From Heterodontus francisci (lineage: Eukaryota): a DNA stretch of 64,000 nucleotides. A model generated the notes under the pieces. It was not told where the DNA came from. It worked only from the letters and a program-made list of their open reading frames with translations, and made no database searches. Position 1 is the first letter of the stretch, and every line of letters begins with the position of its first letter. Of the stretch, positions 1 to 12,372 are shown in pieces. The stretch lies in assembly GCF_036365525.1 (NCBI RefSeq), contig NC_090376.1, positions 104,019,924 through 104,083,923 on the forward strand, written 5' to 3'. The translations under genes and the position numbers were made by a program.

Positions 1-249
1 AATTAACAGCCAGTTCAAAACGGAATTGTAACAAACATATTGCATGAGACTCACTCACAGTGGTTGTATCTATGGTAACAAGAATGCACCCTTTGAATCG
101 CTGTCTCCAAATGGCTGTTTCTATGGCAATGAAAATGCACCTTCCTATAACTTCTGAGGGTTGCTGGTTCTTAAAGCAATACTGATCCCTTGAAAATCTT
201 AAAGGGAAACCGCATATTCCGAAAAAAAACTACAGGACCTTGACAGGGC

Positions 250-830
250 AGACAGTACAAGAGCAATATGTTGAATTTGAATAAGACACTTGTTCGACCT
301 CAGCTGGAGTATTGGGTCTAGTTCTGGGTGCCACATTGGAGAGAGTACAGAAAACATTCACGAGAATGGTTCCAGGGATGAGGAATTTCAGTTATGAAGA
401 TACATTGGAGAAGTTAGAACTGTTTTCCTTGGAGAAGAGAAGGCAGAGAGGAGATTTGATAGGGGTATTCAAAATCATGAGGGGTCTGGACAGAGTAGAT
501 GGAGAGAAACTGTTTCCACTCATGAAAGGATCGAGAACGAGAGGGCACAGATTTAAAGTATTTGGTAAGAGAAGCAAAGGTGACATGAGGAAAAACCTTT
601 TCACACATCAGGTGGTTAAGGTCTGGAATGCGCTGCCTGAGATCATTGTGGAGGCAGGTTCCAATGAAGCATTCAAAAGGGAATTAGACAGTTATATGAA
701 AAAGAAGAATGTGCAGGGTTACGGCAGAAGGCGAGGGAATGGAACGGAGGGAATTGCTCTATCAGAGAACAAGTGTGGACACTTTGGGCCGAATGGCCTC
801 CTTCTGCACTGTAATGATTCTGTGATTTCC
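250..830 (+). mobile_element. CR1 LINE 3' fragment (ORF2 C-terminus plus 3' UTR)
   Basis: ORF 312-833 has CR1 C-terminal motifs (LFSLEKRRQRGDLI, RTRGHRFK, VVKVWNALP). 3' UTR ends ggcctccttctgcactgtaatgattctg. Confidence 0.85.
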
Positions 831-1373
831 TGAGATCCATGTGCCGCTCTCCAGCAACACTGTCACAATTTCAGAACTGTCTTGGTGTTCAGTTCCATTT
901 CATCCTTCACCTCATCTGGTGCTTTAACAGTAAATTTCCTTTCTTCCTTTCCGGTTTCAATGATTGAAAACTTCAATGATTCTTAGATGGTTTGATCGTT
1001 TTTCACAACGTTAATTATGTAGCTATGAGGGGAGAACTAGCTAAGGTTAATTGGGTAAGTAGACTAGAATGCATGGCGGCAAATGAACAGTGGAAAAGCT
1101 TTAAAGAAACAATTCAAAATGTTCATCAAAAATACATTCCATTGAAAAACAAAAATGCAGCAAGAAAGACTCATGTGAGGCTCACTCAGGAAGTTAAGGA
1201 TAGTATTAGATTAAAAGAGGCTTGCAATGTTGCAAAAAGTCTGAGGATTGCGAGTGTTTTAGAAACCATCAAAGGGCCACCAAAAAGTTGAAAAAAAGGA
1301 AAAAATAGAATGGTCCTGTAGTTTTACTGTAGCCAGTAATATAAAAACAGATTTAAGAGCTTTTATAGGTATA

Positions 1374-1971
1374 TAGCTTTTATTAGTAGGGGGATCGAGT
1401 TTCGGAGCCACGAGGTCATGCTGCAGCTGTACAAAACTCTGGTGAGACCGCACCTGGAGTATTGCGTGCAGTTCTGGTCACCGCATTATAGGAAGGATGT
1501 GGAAGCTTTGGAAAGGGTGCAGAGGAGATTTACTAGGATGTTGCCTGGTATGGAGGGAAGGTCTTACGAGGAAAGGCTGAGGGACTTGAGGTTGTTTTCG
1601 TTGGAGAGAAGGAGGAGGAGAGGTGACTTAATAGAGACATATAAGATAATCAGAGGGTTAGATAGGGTGGATAGTGAGAGTCTTTTTCCTCGGATGGTGA
1701 TGGCAAACACGAGGGTACATAGCTTTAAGTTGAGGGGTGATAGATACAGGACAGATGTCAGAGATAGTTTCTTTACTCAGAGTAGTAGGGGCGTGGAACG
1801 CCCTGCCTGCAGCAGTAGTAGACTCGCCAACTTTAAGGGAATTTAACTGGTCATTGGATAGACATATGGATGAAAATGGAATAGTGTAGGTCAGATGGTT
1901 TCACAGGTCGGCGCAACATCGAGGGCCGAAGGGCCTGTACTGCGCTGTAATGTTCTAATTCTAATTCTAAT
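1374..1971 (+). mobile_element. Young 5'-truncated CR1 copy with (TTCTAA)n tail
   Basis: Nearly identical to 41376-41980. ORF 1418-1846; tail aattctaattctaa. Interrupts the older CR1. Confidence 0.92.
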
Positions 1972-2590
1972 AAAAAAGGAAGAGAGGAGCTAAAGTAAAT
2001 GTTGATCCCTCAGAAGCAGAGACATGAGAAATTATCATGGGGAATGAGGAACTGGCAGAGGCATTGAACAAATATTTTATGTCTGTATTCACAGTAGTAG
2101 ACACAAATTTCATACCAGAAGTAGACAGTAACCTCGGAGCTAAAAAAAAAAGAGGAAATTAATAATCAGCAGAGAAAAAAAAGTAGAGAAACTTGAGAGA
2201 CTAAAATCCGACAAATCCCCAGGACCTGATGGCCTAACCCTAAGAGTTCTAAAAGACATAGTTGCAGAGATAGTGGATGCGCTAGCTACAATTTTCCAAC
2301 ATTCCTTAGATTTCAGTATGGTCCCATCAGATTGGAAGTTGGCAAATGTTACAACACTTTGAGAAAGGAGGGAGAGGGGAAACTGTGAACGACAGGCCAG
2401 TTAGCCTATCAGTAGTTGGGAAAAAGCTGGAATCTGTTATGAAGGAAGTCTTAACAATTCACTTAGAAAAGAACAGTATGATTAGAACAAGTCAACATGA
2501 TTTTAATAAAGGGAAACCCTGTTTGACAAATTAGAGTTTTTTGAGAATGCAACTGGTAGGGTCAATAAAGGGGAACCAGTAGATGTAGTA

Positions 2591-2950
2591 AGAGACGACT
2601 TGAAACATAAGATTCTGAGGAGTCTTGACAGGGTGGATGTGGAAAGGATGTTTCGTCTTGTGGTAGAATCTAGAACTAAGGGCCACTGTTTAAAAATAAG
2701 AGGTCACCCATTTAAGACAGAGACAAGGAGAATTTTTTTTCTCGGAGGGTCATGAGTCTTTGGAAATCTCTTCCTCAAAAGGCAGTAGATGCAGAGTTTT
2801 TGAATATTTTTAAGGTAGAGGTAGATAAATTCTCAACAAGCAAGGAAGTAGGCGAGAATGTGGAGTTGAGGTTACAATCAGATCAGCCATGATCTTATTG
2901 AATGGTGGAGCAGGCTCAAGAGGCCAAGTGGCCTACTCTCGCACATAATT
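2591..2950 (+). mobile_element. CR1 3' fragment nested in the older CR1
   Basis: CR1 C-terminus and 3' UTR (gatcagccatgatcttattgaatgg...ggcctactc) sit between the host codons VDVV and YMDF. Confidence 0.75.
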
Positions 2951-3075
2951 ACATGGATTTCCAAAAGTCTTTTTATAAGGTGCCACACAATAGGCTAATA
3001 GGCAAAATAAGGGCTCATGGAATTGGGGGCAACATATTAGCATGATGGAGGATTGGTTAACAGAGTGGGCATAAA

Positions 3076-3344
3076 TGTTAGAGAAACCTCCAAGCCTGTT
3101 TGTGAAGACACGAAGACGAGGATTCATATAAAAATATATATTACACACACACACACGTGTACAATAAACTAATCAACCCCCAACACCTGTTCATCCCATT
3201 ACCTTCAACTACTAGGTATTTAACATCCATGAAATGCACTTAAGACGAAGAGATTCCCTCTTCTCTTTAAATACATACATATACAATGAAAAAGGAGACA
3301 ATATAATACATTATACTATTAACCTTCAACATCAGCTATTAACA
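3076..3344 (-). repeat. 3' LTR of the copia element
   Basis: Starts tgttagagaaacctccaagcc like 8206. Shares the block 3158-3230 with the 5' LTR. Adjacent to the polypurine tract. Confidence 0.75.
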
Positions 3345-4150
3345 TATTGTATATTCCCCCCTTTTTTAAACAAAAAAAACTTGTTTAAAGGAATTACAAA
3401 GCGATCTTAACATAACAAAATTCCATGTTTTCCTAATTCATCATAACACAAGAAGGACCTCTTCGAGGACATCCAACAATTTCTTTGAATAAGCCCCCTC
3501 TTCATAAAACTATCCGACAACTGATGACTTGCGATGACCCATTTTATTTCGGCAATTTCTTTTCTTTCCAACATTTCTTTTGTACTCGCGAGATCAATCC
3601 TCAACCTCTTCTCTGTGAAACATTTTTTGTCGAATGGACATTGTCCTAAAGAGAATGATCATTTATATAGCATTCTATCGGAAATTCTTTTCTCCGATTG
3701 CCCCTTATATAAGAGTTCCTTTAAAATTCTTGACAAATACAGACCCATATCTCTTGCTTCTATCAGTGCAAGTGTCTCAGCAGCTCAAGTGCTTTTAACT
3801 ATCCTCTTTATTTTCTTTGATTTCCAGTCTAATGGGCAACATTTATCATTTCTTCCCACCAAAAAATATAATGAACCCTGCGGCACTCAAATAACCATCG
3901 AGAAGATTAGCGTCTGAGGCGCCAGTAAAAATGATTAATTTCATTTCTTCTGGGTCACCCAATGCTGGAAACTTGAATGTATATTTGTCTAACCTCAATC
4001 TCTTCAATATCTTATTTGCTTTCAACACTTCCCCAACAGTAGCATGTTTCAGCATGGTGCTCAATTCTAATACATCATAGCAGGCATTTGGCCGAGTTTG
4101 TGTGTGCAACCAGTTTAATTGCCCGATTAAGCTCCTTAACTGCTTCTTCC

Positions 4151-4484
4151 TTTTTTTTATTTTAGAGATACAGCACTGAAACAGGCCCTTCGGCCCACCA
4201 AGTCTGCCGACCATCAACCACTCATTTTATACGAATCCTACATTAATCCCATATTCCCTACCATATCCCCACAATTCTCCTACCACCTACCTACACTAGG
4301 GGCAACTTACAATGGCCAATTTACCTTTCAACCTGCAAGTCTTTGGCTGTAGGAGGAAACCGGAGCACCCGGCGGAAACCCACGCGGTCACAGGGAGAGC
4401 TTGCAAACTCCACACAGGCAGTACCCAGAATCGAACCCGGGTCACTGGAGCTGCGAGGCTGCAGTGCTAGCCACTGCGCCGCCC
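4151..4484 (-). mobile_element. tRNA-derived V-SINE (HE1-like)
   Basis: Pol III A/B box head, V-domain gcgtgggtttc..cgggtgctccggtttcctcc, CR1-like 3' end and A-rich tail. Inserted in the copia RT. Confidence 0.9.
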
Positions 4485-7400
4485 TTAGTTGCAGAGTCTT
4501 CCTTTTGTGAGGAACTGACCCAATTTATTGGGATCCTATTAACATTCTCTAGGTAAGACTGTTGATTTAGGATTACTCTCAACTTAGTCTGCCTAATATT
4601 CAACACTATATAGTTGAACGCTCCGGAAGCCTGACTTCCAATTTTAAATTCCTGCAGAACTTTATCTACCAGAAGTTTCTCAAATGCCGTAGATCCTCTC
4701 CATGGAAAATCATCTATGTGCATCAAAAAAATGCCTGCTAGTTTTTCTTCAAAGTACCAATAAAACAATGCTGGATCTGCTTTTAACGGAATACAACCAG
4801 CTTTTAGTAGGACGGACCTAACTGAAAAACACCACACCCTGGATGCATCATTTAGCCCATAAATACACTTGTTATCTTACATAATTTCCCGTCTATATCT
4901 CCAGTTTCTTTTGATGGCTTTAAAAATACTTCCCTTTGAAATTTCTCCCCTTCAAACATGCTGCTTTGATGTCAATGGACTTACATTCCCATCAGTGTGT
5001 TGCTAAAAGGGCTAGAAAAATCCTTAAACTTGCTTTTCCCGCTGTTGGGAGTTTACTCTAACTTCTTGGTTGCTATGCCAAATCCCCGACCTACAAGTCT
5101 GCCCTTAACTTTCCATTGGGAAGTACTTTCTCTGGACAGATCTATCTATGGGACAATGCCGGGTGTCCTCTATTTGGTAGCTCCATCTATATTCCAAACT
5201 CTGTCCAACTGTCAAGCTCTTTGTTTTGCATCTTTTACTAACTAACCATCTAACTTGTTAGTAGCCACTAGAGCTTCTCTATCGAGCGTAAGGGCTCCTA
5301 ACTCTTGTGGCGCTCCTTGCCTGCTATCTGGTCCTTGCTCTTGTGAAACCATGTCTATTAGATTTACGATTCCTTTCTAGACTGCTATTACTCGACCTGT
5401 GCTTCCTATAACCAGAATTCCTTTCACAAGTTAGTGACCTTTTCCTTGGAGTATGATCATCTTCAGACCCACTGTCGGAACTTACACTACGTTTTCTGGC
5501 CTTCCACATTTTCACTTCCTTCTGCCAATCTATAGGTCTGATATCCTGTCCCTTGTCTTGCACAGTCAGCCAATGTTTGTATTGCCCTGTGGCCTTTCGT
5601 GCCCTTCCTATAATGGTAACCTCCCTCTATTCTAGTCCCTTCTGGCACATACATCACTCGAGTCCCAACTTTTGGTAGTTGATCTTATGGATAAATGGCC
5701 TAACCATGATCTGAATTATCACTTGGTCCACTCTCAGTTAGCAAATTATCTGCCACAATCTGTTGTTCATAAAGGCCCAACATATATGCCAGCAAAGTAC
5801 ATGATGCATCATCAGTGTTCATCATTTATTCAGATTCTGTCAATGGATAATCAGTACCAATAAGCTGCAAGGAATGGACTCTAACAGTTTATTTGCCATG
5901 TTGCAAAATTACCGTTTTACCATCAGTGCCTATAATTTTTCCTGGGCCTCTCCATTCTTTCTGCCCTTCTCTTTTGTGGTATATCATGTCCCCAGTATTA
6001 TTATTTTCTGATGGGCTGATTGGATACCTCAAAGCTCTCCTGATTTTTTTCTGAAACTTCCACCTTAATAAATGCTCTTCTCTCTGCATGCATGGAATTC
6101 AAATGTTCTGCAAATATTGAACTATCTGTAGTCCCCTCTGAAGCTGGGGGATGATCCCACGTTACTGAAGGCTTTTTTTTCAGATTCTGCCACAAACTAA
6201 TTGATATGGACTGTAGTCCCCAACTATTTGAAGCGTGTTTCTCACATGTACTGTCCATGCCAGAGCAGTCATCAATTTACAATTTGGTTGGTCGGCTGAA
6301 CTTTTTCAGAGCATTTCGCCAATCATGGCATGCTTTCTCTCACGAATCCCATTACTTAAAGGACTTTCTGCTGTCGTGTGCATTGCTACAATATTCATAT
6401 TTTCACACATACTCCTGAACTCATCGCTGGCAAATTCTCCTCCATTGTCAGTTAGAAATCTAGCCAGTGCTTCCAGTCCTTTTCCAGTCCACCTTTCCAT
6501 TATCTTGTCCACTATTACTTTTTTGTCTTTACTATGAATTACCGTTGACAGACTGAATCTAGTCGCTAAGTCTATAAAGTGTCTTCAATAAGTTTGGTAT
6601 AGTCATCTATTACCCCTGCATCTTTTAACAGAATCTTCAACCTATGACAAGATGGATGTGCAAACTGTTGATGTAGTTTTGAAATAATTTGCCTTTACTC
6701 CTTTAAATCCCTACCTCGGAATGCCACTAATACCTCTTTAACATCCTGCTTAGAGATGTTAGGTCTAGCTAAAGAAATACAATCATGTCTCGACTGTGTA
6801 AGCCGCAAAGCTAAAAATTTCCCAAAGACAATCGCCTCATCATGTTTCATATCCAATTTCATTGGAGCTTTTTTCATACAGATTACTTAACAGCAAAGGT
6901 ATTTCACTGGATACTACATCCGTACTAATAAAATGTTTTATACCTGCTATTTTACACAGAATTACCATTCTTTTTAGCAATTTCAATGTGTTGTCATCCC
7001 CAAACCTGAAAACAGGTAGAGCTGTCATTCTTTGACCTTCTTTAAGGAAGACAGAAGTAACACCTTAACCAGTCCACTCCACATACCGTGGATGTACACC
7101 CATTGCCTAGTACTTTGCAATAAAACGCATCTGCGACTAGGACACTGATTACCAGACTGAAGCTTCTCGTGACCAGTACAATTCCTTCTTATTGATCAGG
7201 AGCATCATCCTCACCTTCGGAATCTTCCATGTCATGTGTAATCTCAAAAACCCTGTTAATCTTTTTTGGACAATGCAACACAATGATATTTTGAGACATA
7301 TCGGAAACACCTGTTGACCACCCCTTGGTTATTCCTGGGGTTCCTCCTTCTGCCATAATTGCCCAATTCCTGCCATATGTTACAGTTGCCAAAAGGGTCT

Positions 7401-8190
7401 CTATCCTCATTCATATTTTGTGTGATTCCCCTTTTGTACTGACATTTGGGCCCCATATTTGTATGGCCTCGAGGAGCATTGTATCCTCCACCTTCAGCGT
7501 CTTTGCTGAAAATCACATTTGCGCCATGAAAGCAGCTAGAAAGGAATGTTTTCCCAAGAAAATTTCAGGGTGTCAGACATCTGATCAAAAAGCATATCTC
7601 TTTCTTTGAATCGAACTCCGGATAATACCAAGAGTTCGATATCCCAGCACAAATCCAACAATTTGAAGGCAAGTATTGATCTAGGAATTTACAATTTGGA
7701 TCTCTGCACCCTTGTATATAGTCGGTTAAACTCCATAATATATTCCTCTATGAAAGAATCATCCATTTTCCTAAATTTATCAAAGTCCGATCACGCCTCA
7801 TAAGCACTCAATAAGTCATCTTTCAAATAAATTTTATTCATAAATTTTAAGAGATTGTCCAAACCTTCCTCATTGTCCAAATGATGAGCCTGTAGCTCTG
7901 AGAACACTTTGCCCCTGATCTTGCTTCTAGCGGGAAGTGCAAAGGCTATTCCTTGCTTCCTTGTTGATAAAGATGGAACCCATGTCCATAGATCAGCTTC
8001 ATTCTTCCATTGATTGTAAGGTTCGGCTCCACAAAACAGCTGTGAAAATCATATCCCTGACACCTGGTTTCGGTCATCTTTCTTCCAAAAAAACCTCCAA
8101 TTACAGTCTTTTCAAAAAAACCCTCCAATTCTAATCTCCTGTCTGAAAACAAATCTAAGTCTCCAATCTTCACTTTCAGGCAGTTGCCTG

Positions 8191-8204
8191 ATCCTCTGCT
8201 ACCA
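8191..8204 (-). promoter_or_regulatory. Primer-binding site complementary to initiator tRNA-Met
   Basis: Plus strand ATCCTCTGCTACCA equals the 3' 14 nt of vertebrate tRNA-iMet, 1 nt from the LTR end. Confidence 0.9.
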
Positions 8205-8205
8205 A

Positions 8206-8809
8206 TGTTAGAGAAATCTCCAAGCCTGTTTGAGAAGACAACACTGAGACTAGAATGCTTTGGTGGAGACTGCTTATTGCTTGCCATAGAACTTCCTTCT
8301 CAACTTCTCAGGGCGGCACAGTGGCGCAGTGGTTAGCACCGCAGCCTCACAGCTCCAGCGACCCGGGTTCAATTCTGGGTACTGCCTTTGTGGAGTTTTC
8401 AAGTTCTCCCTGTGTCTGGGTGGGTTTCCTCCGGGTGCTCCGGTTTCCTCCCACATGCCAAAGACTTGCAGGTTGATAGGTAAATTGGCCATTATAAATT
8501 GACCCGAGTATAGGTAGGTGGTAGGGAAATATAGGGACAGGTGGGGATGTGGTAGGAATATGGAATTAGTGTAGGATTAGTATAAATGGGTGGTTGATGG
8601 TCGGCACAGACTCGGTGGGCCGAAGGGCCTGTTTCAGTGCTGTATCTCTAAACTAAACTAAACTCCTAACACCCAACCAGTGCTGGCTGGCTCTTCTTTA
8701 TGTATACACATTTGAGTACAATTAACTAATCAACACCCAACACCTGTTCACCCTATTCCCTTCAACTACTAGGTATTTAACATCCATTAACAGAACGCAG
8801 ACACCAACA
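8206..8809 (-). repeat. 5' LTR of the copia element (contains a V-SINE)
   Basis: tgttagag...caaca; flanked by the PBS and the TSD. Confidence 0.85.
8311..8664 (+). mobile_element. tRNA-derived V-SINE (HE1-like) with (TAAAC)n tail
   Basis: gggcggcacagtggcgcagtggttagc A box, ggttcaattc B box, V-domain and CR1-like tail. Confidence 0.92.
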
Positions 8810-10599
8810 ATAAATAGGGCATTTTCAAGTTGGTAGGCAGTAAATAGTGGAGTGCCATTTGGATCAGTGCTGGAGCCTCAGCTATTTACAATCTATATTA
8901 GTGACTTAGGTACATTACTTTCTGTCTCCATCTAAGTTTGTGGATGATACAAAGATAGGTGGAAATGCAAGCTGTAGGGAGGACACAGAGGTTGCAAAGA
9001 CATATAGATAGGTTAAGGGAGTGGACAACAAGATAGCAAATGGAGTATAATTTAGGGAAGTCTCAAGTTATTCACTTTGATCATAAGAACAGAAAAGCAG
9101 AACATTTTTTAAAAGGTGTGAAACTCGTAAGTGTTGAAATTCAAAGAAACTGAGATGTGCTTGTACAAGGAACATGAAGTTAGCATGCAGGTACATTAAG
9201 CAATTAGGAAGGCAAATGGCACGTTGGCCTTTATTGCAAGGGGATTGGAGTACAGGAATAAAGAAGTCTTGCTACAATTATACAGGGTTTTGGCAAGACC
9301 ACATGTGGAGTACTGTGTGCAGTTTTGGTTTCCACATTTAAGAAAGGATATACTTGCATTGGAGGCTGTACAGCTAAGTTTCATTAAATTGGTCTCTCGG
9401 ATGAAGGGGTTGTCTTACGATGAGACGCTGAGGAAATATGCCCATGTTCTCTGGACTTTAGAAGAATGAGAGGTGATCCCATTAATACATACAAGATTCT
9501 GAAGGGTCTGGTTAGGGTATATGCTGAGAGAATGTTTCTGAAACACTGTGGCACAGTCTCAGGATCAGGGGCTGATCATTTCGGACTGAGATGAGGAGAA
9601 ATTACCACTCAAATGGTTGTGAATCTTTGGAATTCTGTACCTCAGAGGGTTGTGGATGGTCCATCATTGAATACATTTAAGGCTGGGATAGATAGATTTT
9701 TGGTCTCTCGGGGAATCAAAGGATATGATGAGCTGGTAGGAAAGTGGAATTGAAGCCCAACATCAGCCATGATCATATTGAATGTTGTCCACGTCGGGGT
9801 CCTGTGGGGTGAACTCAGGGTGCTGGCTAATGGAGGGAACTGTTACAGTCACAGGGGCCAATTGAATTTGGTGGCGGGGTGGGGTTGGGGTGGGGTTGGG
9901 GTGGGGGAGGGGGAGGTCAAGACTTAAGGATAGGAATTCGTTTGCATCACAGGCAGGGGAACGTGACTCAGCAATGATACTGAGGAGGAGTTTTGGAGGT
10001 TCAAGGGTGACAAAATCGGCATTTTGATGGTTACGGGTGTAGGAACAGGGGGGAGGGATGGCACGAGTAAGTTTACAGTCTGAGGTAATGGGGGGAGGTT
10101 CAAGGGTCACAGATGGAAGGTATAAGGTAACATTGGGTGGGTCAAGGGTAATGCATGCAGGCTGGAAGGTGGCAGGAGGTGGTTGGAAGGTGGGGAGACT
10201 TGCCTTGGTTGTCACACGCACCATTTTTCCAAATGATACTGGAAACCATATGGCCATTCAAGGAGTACCAATTGATTGGGAGGAGATCAATGTTGGGTGG
10301 GTGAATTTCAGTGTGGATATAGTGTTAGGCACACACAAGCTACCTGCTCATTACTTCAATGGTAGAGCTGCATGGCAAAACAAGGGTGATTTCTAATGCA
10401 GGTCTCATTCTAACCGTTGCAAAGCTGCAAGGACATGGGTCTCATACACCCAATACTTCTATTACAATGGGAAGAGGAGCAGAGAATGTGACTGAGGAGG
10501 GCTCTTGCAGTTCAGCGGCTGATGCCACAATGCCAGCAGCAGGCAGCACAAGAGGATGAAGCTGCTCGGAATGATGCATCCAGGGAAGGCATTATAGAA

Positions 10600-11560
10600 G
10601 ACAGGTGCTGATGCATCAGTGAGGACAAGGACAAACTATCTTCAGATGTCAGAAAGGCTATGCCAGATACGTCTGAGCATGTCACGTGAGATGATCACTG
10701 AAATTTGTAGGATCATTCAGCATGACCTGCAACCACATGGTTTTGGTGGGAATCCCAAGACAGTTGCCCTCAGGGATCCTGTTGCACTGAATTTCTTTGT
10801 TAGTGGTGCTTTCCAGGGCTCAACAGGCAACATATGTGGCATCTCACAGGCTGCTACTCCTAGGTGCATCAATGAGGTGACCAATGCCCTATTCCATCGT
10901 GCCAATGATTTCACCTACTGCCCTGTAGATGAGCACAGCCAGGCAACAAGGTCTGCGCCCTTCGGCACAAATTGCTTATTTCCCTAGATTGCAACGGGTG
11001 ATCGACTGTACTCGTGTAGCCATTGGAGCTCCCTGGGAGCAGCCTACTGGATTTGAGAATCGTAAAGGCTTTTACTCTTTGAACATTTAATTGGTTTGTG
11101 ACCACAGGTGAAAATTCATGCAGGTCTGTGTTCATTTTCCAGGGAGCTGTCATGACTCATACATTTTGCAAAACTGACAGCTACCAGGGAGTTTTGAAGC
11201 ACCAGCCCAAGCTGACGGGTGTATCCTGGGTGACCAGGGTTATTCCCTTTGGACATGGTTAATGGCACCAGTGCGGCATCCTCAAAGTGCAGCTGAACAT
11301 TCATACAATGCTGCTCACCCATCCACCAGAGCCGTTAACAAACATCATTGGCTTGCTAAAAATGCACTTCTGCTGCCTTGACCAGAAGACTCTTCAGTAG
11401 ACACCACAGAGGATCTCACAAATAATCATCATCTGCTGTGCACTGCACAACATGGCAATGCAACGTGGACATATTTTGTAGGCAGAGCAACGGGAGGAGT
11501 AGCAGTCCTCCTCAGATGAGAATGAATATGAAGAGCCCGAGTAGGAAGCAACTGATGTGA
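10600..11560 (+). pseudogene. Harbinger DDE transposase (HARBI1-like) pseudogene
   Basis: ALNFFVSGAFQGSTGNICGISQ, VIDCTRVAI, NRKGFYSLN, FPGSCHDSYIL, GDQGY and CCALHN motifs, with stops and frameshifts. Confidence 0.88.
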
Positions 11561-12372
11561 TTGAGCATTTTATGAATGATAGGGCCATGGAGAGATAGGG
11601 GCATCAGAGAGAAACTTATCTTTTGGCGTTTTAAATCAAGAGTGATGCACTTAGCTAATTAAAGCCCAAACATAAAAAGAACTTCAACTTTGCAGAGTGT
11701 TTAGATACCCCTGTGAGCTGAATCATTGCTGTAATGTAAGAGCAGGCCTCTTTGAACATCAACAATTGCACCAACAGTGGAAATGTGATGAACGCACTGT
11801 TATGAACTTCATTGTAACCTACCTGCATCTCCATGGAAATAGTTTCTTGCATCCTGCCATCACCCCTCGAAAATAAGCTGCTACACCGTTACAGCTCTTT
11901 GAGTAGACTGGCACATCAAAATGGATCCAGATTGCAATGGAGCCACAGCAGCTACAATACTAGGCAAGTAAAAGAGAGCCTACAAAATTTACATTGGAAG
12001 GCACATCACGATGGAAACTGTGAAAAATCTTCAAGCTACAAGCAGCTGTCATTGAAGACTGAAGGCACAGACGCCAAATATAACACCATGTTCATTTTCT
12101 ACAATCCTTTGTAAGCATAAATGCATGCCAGCCATAAGGCAACAATAATCATTATCCTTTTCAGCTGGTAAACTTCAAATTATCAGGATGTATCAAAGAT
12201 TAAATCAAATAAATACATTTAAAAATACATGTACACTATTCTAAACACCCGTGCCACCTTCATGCTCATAATTCCTTCAGTTTCCATTTCCTACCACCAC
12301 ATCTAGGTGCAACCCTGACTTTAGCAGCTGAGGTGGAGGCATCTGCTCATTATGCTGCCCCACTGCCCTGGA

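Larger units (their letters stand above)
3076..8809 (-). mobile_element. Degenerate Ty1/copia LTR retrotransposon, GalEa-like
   Basis: TG...CA ends and 5-bp TSD ATAAA (3071-3075, 8810-8814). Minus-strand order is gag, protease (NGCTSTVCGVDWL ~7070-7110), integrase (TDNGGEF...AESPLSNG, 6306-6512), RT (DPALF..MHIDDF, 4442-4837), RNase H (RIDLAS..IKWV..QLSD, 3407-3604). PPT at ~3353-3367. Confidence 0.93.
1010..9790 (+). mobile_element. Old CR1 LINE (ORF2 remnants) split by three later insertions
   Basis: Collinear pieces at ~1010-1373, 1972-2590, 2950-3075 and 8815-9790. The reading continues across each junction (FYRYI|KRKRGAKVNV; VDVV|YMDFQK; RVGI|NRAFSSW..SGVP). KFVDDTK near 8935; CR1 3' UTR at ~9720-9790. 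Confidence 0.85.

Noticed and set aside
8311-8385. tRNA-like sequence with A and B boxes (also ~4410-4484 and ~63207-63280)
   Set aside because: It is the head of a V-SINE, continuous with the V-domain and LINE-like tail; not a tRNA gene.
9763-10257. 164-aa proline-rich ORF
   Set aside because: It reads off a G-rich low-complexity strand in the Harbinger flank and has no recognisable domain.
10619-10987. Possible host HARBI1 gene
   Set aside because: It has multiple stops and frameshifts, a second divergent copy lies in the window, and it is paired with a Myb gene as in transposons.
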